The position numbers and the translations under genes were made by a program. From an uncultured bacterium (GTDB lineage: Bacteria > SAR324 > NAC60-12), in NCBI GenBank assembly GCA_965662235.1, contig CBFIGY010000044.1:1-21634 (forward strand): 21,634 nt of DNA. The letters are read 5' to 3'. The notes beneath the pieces are model-generated. The model did no database searches. It worked only from the letters and a program-made list of their open reading frames with translations, and was not told where the DNA came from. Shown here piece by piece: positions 16,780 to 21,634 of the stretch. Every line of letters starts with the position of its first letter. Within the stretch, counting starts at the first letter, position 1.

Positions 16780-18030
16780 ATGCCGATTGTAGATGTAAAA
16801 ATTCCGAGCCCAGGCGAGTCCATCACCGAAGTCGAAATTGGCACCTGGCTCAAGGCCGATGGCGACCTGGTTCAGGTTGATGAACCACTTTGCGAAATTG
16901 AAACAGACAAGGCCACGCTGCCGCTGATGGCTGAGTCGGCCGGGGTGCTCAAGATTGTTCTGGAATCAGGCGCGACCGCCGCAGTGGGAGACGTGGCCGC
17001 TCAGATTGACACGGATGCGTCCGCTCCGGCGGCAGAGGCTCCCAGCGCCCCAGCCGAAGCACCAGCCGCTCCGGCCGAAGCCCCGTCGGCTCCCGCAGCA
17101 CCTGCTGCTGCTTCGTATGCTGCCGGACACCCGGCTCCTGCCGCGGCCAAGCTGATGGCTGAGCAGGGTGTAGCGTCCGGAAGCGTCGCTGGAACCGGTC
17201 CGGGCGGACGGGTGACCAAGCAGGACGTTCAGGAACACCTCAAAGCGGCTCCAGCCGAAGCGGCTCCGGCTGCGACACCGAGCCCTGCTCCAGAAGCAGA
17301 AGCTGCGGCTCCGGCGGCTCCGGTGGAACCCCGGGCCCAGAAACGGGAGCGCATGAGCCGACTGCGTCGCAAGCTGGCCGAGCGACTGGTCTCGGTGAAG
17401 AACGAGACCGCGATGCTGACGACCTTCAACGAGGTGGACATGAAGGCGGTCTTTGACCTCCGGAATGCGCACAAGGAGAAGTTTGAGAAGAAGCACGGAG
17501 TCCGGCTGGGCTTCATGGGCTTCTTCGTCAAGGCTTGTGCTCAAGCCCTGATGGAGTTCCCGTTGGTCAACGGACAGATTGACGGAGAGGACCTGGTGAC
17601 CTTCGACTACGTTGACATGGGCATCGCCGTCAGTGCGCCGAAAGGCCTCGTGGTCCCGGTGATCCGGAATGCTGAGTCCCTGACCATTCCAGAAATTGAA
17701 GCCGAGATTGTGCGGCTGGCCAAGCGAGCCCGTGACAACAAACTCTCGATTGAAGAAATGGACGGTGGCACCTTCTCCATCACCAACGGAGGTGTGTTCG
17801 GGTCCATGCTCTCCACGCCCATCATCAACCCACCTCAGAGCGCCATCCTGGGCATGCACAACGTTGTGGAACGGCCCATTGCGGTCAACGGTGAGGTGGT
17901 CATCCGTCCGGTGATGTACCTGGCGCTGTCCTACGACCACCGCATCATTGATGGCCAGCAGTCGGTCAGCTTCCTCTACCGGGTCAAGGAGTACCTTGAA
18001 AACCCGGCCCGGATGCTCCTGAGCGTCTGA
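16780..18030 (+). CDS. sucB: Dihydrolipoamide succinyltransferase E2
   Basis: Lipoyl domain IETDKAT, Ala/Pro linkers, E3-binding [50 protein letters not shown]. Confidence 0.98.
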   Translation: MPIVDVKIPSPGESITEVEIGTWLKADGDLVQVDEPLCEIETDKATLPLMAESAGVLKIVLESGATAAVGDVAAQIDTDASAPAAEAPSAPAEAPAAPAEAPSAPAAPAAASYAAGHPAPAAAKLMAEQGVASGSVAGTGPGGRVTKQDVQEHLKAAPAEAAPAATPSPAPEAEAAAPAAPVEPRAQKRERMSRLRRKLAERLVSVKNETAMLTTFNEVDMKAVFDLRNAHKEKFEKKHGVRLGFMGFFVKACAQALMEFPLVNGQIDGEDLVTFDYVDMGIAVSAPKGLVVPVIRNAESLTIPEIEAEIVRLAKRARDNKLSIEEMDGGTFSITNGGVFGSMLSTPIINPPQSAILGMHNVVERPIAVNGEVVIRPVMYLALSYDHRIIDGQQSVSFLYRVKEYLENPARMLLSV

Positions 18031-18043
18031 CCTTCCTGAAGAA

Positions 18044-18063
18044 GAGGAGGCGCAGGCCTCCTC
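18044..18063. other. Intercistronic hairpin between sucB and lpdA
   Basis: GAGGAGGC-GCAG-GCCTCCTC, an 8-bp stem. Confidence 0.5.
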
Positions 18064-18144
18064 CTTCCGATGGGCTCCTCTCGCTGGGTCCTCCCCCTCA
18101 AACCTTCCCTGTCGCAGCATGGCAGGCACAACCACATCGATTCT

Positions 18145-19548
18145 ATGTCCGCATTTGACGTCACTGTTATTGGTTCTGGCCCTGGAGGCTACGTTGCTGC
18201 CATCCGCTGTGCGCAGCTGGGCCTGAAGACGGCCATTGTTGAGCGCTACTCCACCCTTGGAGGCACCTGCTTGAACGTGGGGTGCATTCCTTCCAAGGCC
18301 CTGCTGGATTCGTCGGAGCACTTCCACAATGCCACCAAGCACTTTGAGGCACACGGCATTGGGGTGTCGGAGCTGCAGCTCGACTGGCCCCGGATGCGGA
18401 GTCGCAAGGATGACGTGGTTTCACAGACCTGCGCAGGGGTGAAGTACCTGATGGACAAGAACAAGATCACCGTCTATCAAGGACACGGCCGCTTCCAGGA
18501 CGCCACCACCATTCAGGTCCGCAAGGACGACGGAAGCGAAGAGACCTTCAGCACCTCCAAGGTCATCATTGCCACAGGCTCCAAGCCTTCCAGCCTCCCG
18601 GGCATCACGATTGACAAGGAACGCATCATCACCTCCACAGAGGCCCTGAAGCTTCCGGAGGTGCCGAAGCGCCTCATTGTCATCGGCGGTGGCATCATTG
18701 GTCTGGAGCTGGGATCCGTGTATGCCCGGCTGGGCGCTCAGGTGCAGGTGGTGGAGTACCTCGACCGCATCATCCCCAGCATGGATGGTGCTCTGGGCAA
18801 GGAGATGCTCCGGGTCCTCAAGCGACAGGGGGTGGAGTTCTTCCTCAGCCACGCGGTGCAGAGTGCGCAGGTGCAAGGAGACTCCGTGACTGTCTCGGCC
18901 AAGAATGCCAAGGGCGAGGAGGTGACGTTTCAGGGGGACTACTGCTTGGTGGCCGTCGGCCGTCGGCCGTACACCGAAGGCCTAGGACTGGAAAACATCG
19001 GCATCACGCTGACCGACCGCGGACAGGTTCCCGTCAATGATCACCTAGAGACGGCGGTGCCCGGCGTCTATGCCATCGGAGACGTGATCCGGGGCGCCAT
19101 GCTGGCCCACAAGGCTGAGGAAGAAGGCACCCTCGTTGCAGAAATCATTGCAGGCCAGCAGCCGCACATCAATTACCGGAACATCCCCAGCGTCCTTTAC
19201 ACCTGGCCTGAAGCCGCAGGCGTGGGGTACACCGAGGAGGAGCTGAAGGCGGACGGCCGGAGCTTCAAGTCGGGCTCCTTCCCCTTCAAGGCCCTGGGAC
19301 GGGCCCGGGCAGCCATGGACACCGACGGGCTGGTGAAGATTCTTGCTGATCAGGAAACCGACGAGATCTTGGGCATCCACATGGTCGGCGCCCGTGTAGC
19401 CGACCTGATTGCCGAAGCCGTGGTGGCGTTGGAGTACCGCGCCAGCGCAGAAGACCTTTCCCGGATGTCGCACGCGCACCCGACCTTTGCAGAGGCGGTG
19501 AAGGAAGCAGCGCTGGACGCGACGGAAAAACGTCCCATCCACCTGTAG
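18145..19548 (+). CDS. lpdA: Dihydrolipoamide dehydrogenase E3
   Basis: IGSGPGGY, GGTCLNVGCIPSK redox disulfide, IGGGIIGLE, MLAHKAEEEG, HAHPTFAE. ATG 18145 (ORF track 18070). Confidence 0.98.
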   Translation: MSAFDVTVIGSGPGGYVAAIRCAQLGLKTAIVERYSTLGGTCLNVGCIPSKALLDSSEHFHNATKHFEAHGIGVSELQLDWPRMRSRKDDVVSQTCAGVKYLMDKNKITVYQGHGRFQDATTIQVRKDDGSEETFSTSKVIIATGSKPSSLPGITIDKERIITSTEALKLPEVPKRLIVIGGGIIGLELGSVYARLGAQVQVVEYLDRIIPSMDGALGKEMLRVLKRQGVEFFLSHAVQSAQVQGDSVTVSAKNAKGEEVTFQGDYCLVAVGRRPYTEGLGLENIGITLTDRGQVPVNDHLETAVPGVYAIGDVIRGAMLAHKAEEEGTLVAEIIAGQQPHINYRNIPSVLYTWPEAAGVGYTEEELKADGRSFKSGSFPFKALGRARAAMDTDGLVKILADQETDEILGIHMVGARVADLIAEAVVALEYRASAEDLSRMSHAHPTFAEAVKEAALDATEKRPIHL

Positions 19549-19558
19549 GCACACCCGG

Positions 19559-19945
19559 ATGCTCCCGTTTGCACAGACGCCTGCCGTCCGGTGGGCGATG
19601 TGGGCCACGGGAGCCCTAGTGGTGATCCTCAGCGTTCCGGTTCCGGCGCATCCGTTACAGGAGACTCCGTTACTTGACAAGTGGACGCACTTTGTGTTGT
19701 TCTGCGCGTTGGGTTGGACTTACCTGAATGCCGCCTTGGGCCTGCCAGTAGGATCCTTCCGGATCCGGTTACTCCTCGGCTGGGGGGCAACCGGACTCAT
19801 GGGGCTGCTGACAGAGGGCCTGCAGGGGTTCCTGCCCTGGCGGTCGGCAGACTGGCTTGATGTCGGGGCCAATGTCATTGGAGCCACGCTGGCCGTGCTG
19901 TCCTACCCCTTACTGAGACGCCGTTTCTCTTCTCTTTCTCCATAA
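19559..19945 (+). CDS. VanZ-like membrane protein
   Basis: DKWTHFVLF and TEGLQGFLPWRSADWLDVGANVIG, with four hydrophobic segments. Confidence 0.85.
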   Translation: MLPFAQTPAVRWAMWATGALVVILSVPVPAHPLQETPLLDKWTHFVLFCALGWTYLNAALGLPVGSFRIRLLLGWGATGLMGLLTEGLQGFLPWRSADWLDVGANVIGATLAVLSYPLLRRRFSSLSP

Positions 19946-19949
19946 GCTC

Positions 19950-21065
19950 ATGGCGCAACGAGATCGCATCCTCCTGGTGGACGATCAAGAAGACAACCGA
20001 TTGGTGCTGGAAGACATGTTGCGCCGCCTCCGCTGTGAGGTGCACCATGCCGAGTCCGGAGAAGAGGCCCTGGCGCTGGCACAGGCCTGGCTTCCCGACC
20101 TGATCCTCATGGATCAGATGATGCCCGGACTGAGCGGGGTAGAAACCGTGTCACGGCTGAAGAAGCTTCCTGAGTTCGACCAGGTGCCCATCCTCATGGT
20201 GACCGCCAAAAGCGATACCGCGACGCTGCAGGACGCCTTTGACGCCGGTGCCGTGGACTACATCGTCAAGCCCATTGATCCGGTGACCCTGACGGCACGG
20301 GTCCGTTCGGCCCTGCGGACCAAGCACGCCTTTGATGAGATCCGTCGCCTGTCGCGCGACCTCATGGCGCAGAAGCAGGAGCTGAGCAACTTCACTCACA
20401 TGGTCAGCCATGACCTGAAGTCCCCTGTGGTCGGCGCCGCAAGCCTCTACAACCTCTTCCTCTACCGTCTCAAAGACGAGTACCCCCAGGTCTGGTCGGT
20501 GGGTGACTTCCGGGAGCTGCTGGAACGCATTCCGGAGACCTTCAAGAAGATGCTTCGCTTCATTGACACCCTGCTGGCGTATGCCGAGGCCGGGCAGGTG
20601 ATTGGCGAGCTGCAGCCGACGGAGATGGATCGGGTGGTGGCCATGGTGGTGCAGAACTTTGAGTACGCCCGACAGGAAGGCTTAGCCGAAATTGAGTGGA
20701 GCCGCTCCCTACCGGAAGTGGAGTGCGACGTGGTCCGCATGGCGCAGGTCTGGCAGAACCTGATTGCAAACGCCATCAAGTACCGGGGGGACCAGCAGCC
20801 GGTGCAGATCACCATTGGGCATGAGGTGCAGGGCGAAGTCCACCACTTCTGGGTGCAGGATAACGGTCCTGGCATTTCTCCGGACAACCATGAGCGGATC
20901 TTTGAGCCCTTTGTTCGGGGCGAGGATTCAGTGGAGGGACGGGGCATTGGCCTGGCAACGGTGCAGCGCATTCTGCAGGCCCATGGCGGTGCCGTGTGGG
21001 TGGACCCGACTTACACCGAAGGAGCCCGCTTTACCTTTTCCCTACCGGTCCGTCATGCTCCCTAG
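19950..21065 (+). CDS. Cytoplasmic hybrid response regulator / histidine kinase (REC-HisKA-HATPase)
   Basis: ILLVDD, DLILMDQMMP, VTA, DYIVKP; H-box SHDLKSP; NLIANAIKY, DNGPGI, IFEPF, GRGIGL. No TM or sensor domain. Confidence 0.94.
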   Translation: MAQRDRILLVDDQEDNRLVLEDMLRRLRCEVHHAESGEEALALAQAWLPDLILMDQMMPGLSGVETVSRLKKLPEFDQVPILMVTAKSDTATLQDAFDAGAVDYIVKPIDPVTLTARVRSALRTKHAFDEIRRLSRDLMAQKQELSNFTHMVSHDLKSPVVGAASLYNLFLYRLKDEYPQVWSVGDFRELLERIPETFKKMLRFIDTLLAYAEAGQVIGELQPTEMDRVVAMVVQNFEYARQEGLAEIEWSRSLPEVECDVVRMAQVWQNLIANAIKYRGDQQPVQITIGHEVQGEVHHFWVQDNGPGISPDNHERIFEPFVRGEDSVEGRGIGLATVQRILQAHGGAVWVDPTYTEGARFTFSLPVRHAP

Positions 21066-21634
21066 CGTTTTCACTTGGAAGCGTCGTCCGGAAGACGGCT
21101 ACGATCTTCCGCCCATCCGGGCACCTCGCTTGGCGAAACGATCGCTGCGCTGGAGCTACTACCTGTCCCGGACCCCTGGGCTGGGTCGGTTCATTGCTTG
21201 GCTGATCTTACGGAACATCGGCCTAGGGCGGCTCCGCAAGCGCACTTTGCTGCAGCCCCCAACGTTTCACTCCCTGCATCCCCCTCTGCCCACCGACGGC
21301 TCCGCCGCCGAGGCACAGGCGTCGTGTGAGCGGTTTCAGCAGTGGTACACCCAAGGCTCGGAACCGCCGGAGTCTGGCTTCGTTCCAGAGTCCATTCCTG
21401 ACTTTGTCACGGCTTACCGCTCCGGCAGAACAACCCCCCTGAAGGTCGCCCAGCGAATTTTGGACGTCATCCGGAACCTAGAAAGCAGTGCGGTTCCGTT
21501 GCGTCCTTTGGTGGCTTGGGACGAAGAGAACCTGCTCCGGCAGGCGCATGAAGCAACACAGCGCTGGGAGGCTGGAACCCCTCTGAGCCTGTGGGATGGT
21601 GTTCCGGTGGCGGTGAAGGACGAGTTTCACCTCA
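21055..21634 (+). CDS. Amidase-signature family protein, plant-type fatty acid amide hydrolase-like, 3'-partial (absent from the ORF track)
   Basis: Hand translation from ATG 21055, open to the window end: MLPSVFTWKRRPEDGYDLPPIRAPRL...AYRSGRTTPLKVAQRIL...LLRQAHEATQRWEAGTPLSLWDGVPVAVKDEF. The last motif is the amidase L.GVP.AVKD carrying the catalytic Lys. Confidence 0.88.
   Translation, partial: MLPSVFTWKRRPEDGYDLPPIRAPRLAKRSLRWSYYLSRTPGLGRFIAWLILRNIGLGRLRKRTLLQPPTFHSLHPPLPTDGSAAEAQASCERFQQWYTQGSEPPESGFVPESIPDFVTAYRSGRTTPLKVAQRILDVIRNLESSAVPLRPLVAWDEENLLRQAHEATQRWEAGTPLSLWDGVPVAVKDEFHL

Noticed and set aside
17020..17330. Tandem repeats in sucB ([21 protein letters not shown])
   Set aside because: Ordinary Ala/Pro-rich E2 linker, not a CRISPR array or an independent repeat element.
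19559..19945. Glycopeptide-resistance gene
   Set aside because: VanZ-like proteins are widespread, and no van cluster genes are present.
21075..21329. 84-aa ORF from the track
   Set aside because: It is an alternative frame of the amidase gene starting at 21055.
1..21634. CRISPR array, tRNA, rRNA, prophage or anti-phage defence genes
   Set aside because: On manual reading I found no regularly spaced repeats, cloverleaf or rRNA signatures, or phage/defence protein motifs.

Overview
GC-rich bacterial chromosomal segment. All family assignments rest on motifs read from the translations and on recalled family knowledge; no database search was run. Left to right: (1) an ISAba1/IS10-like IS4-family element, cut by the window edge and apparently inserted into the start of orfB of an IS3-family element; (2) a minus-strand arsR-arsC-acr3 arsenic operon; (3) a GT4 glycosyltransferase and a UDP-glucuronate 4-epimerase-like gene, converging on a lysophospholipid-acyltransferase-family gene and a possible small Trp-rich membrane protein; (4) a divergent PurD-fold ATP-grasp ligase coupled to an unknown 129-aa protein; (5) converging on these, a minus-strand trio of DUF1704/QEGLA (MATCAP-like) metallopeptidase, gamma-glutamylcyclotransferase and proline iminopeptidase; (6) an orphan amino-acid ABC permease with a lipobox, and a secreted fasciclin; (7) sucA-sucB-lpdA, Bacteroidota-like in sequence; (8) a VanZ-like protein, a REC-HisKA hybrid kinase and a partial plant-type fatty acid amide hydrolase absent from the ORF track. 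The best candidate for an undescribed system is the 7.1-12 kb block (ligase, partner, three peptide-processing enzymes, structured upstream DNA). The link between its two halves is inference from adjacency only.
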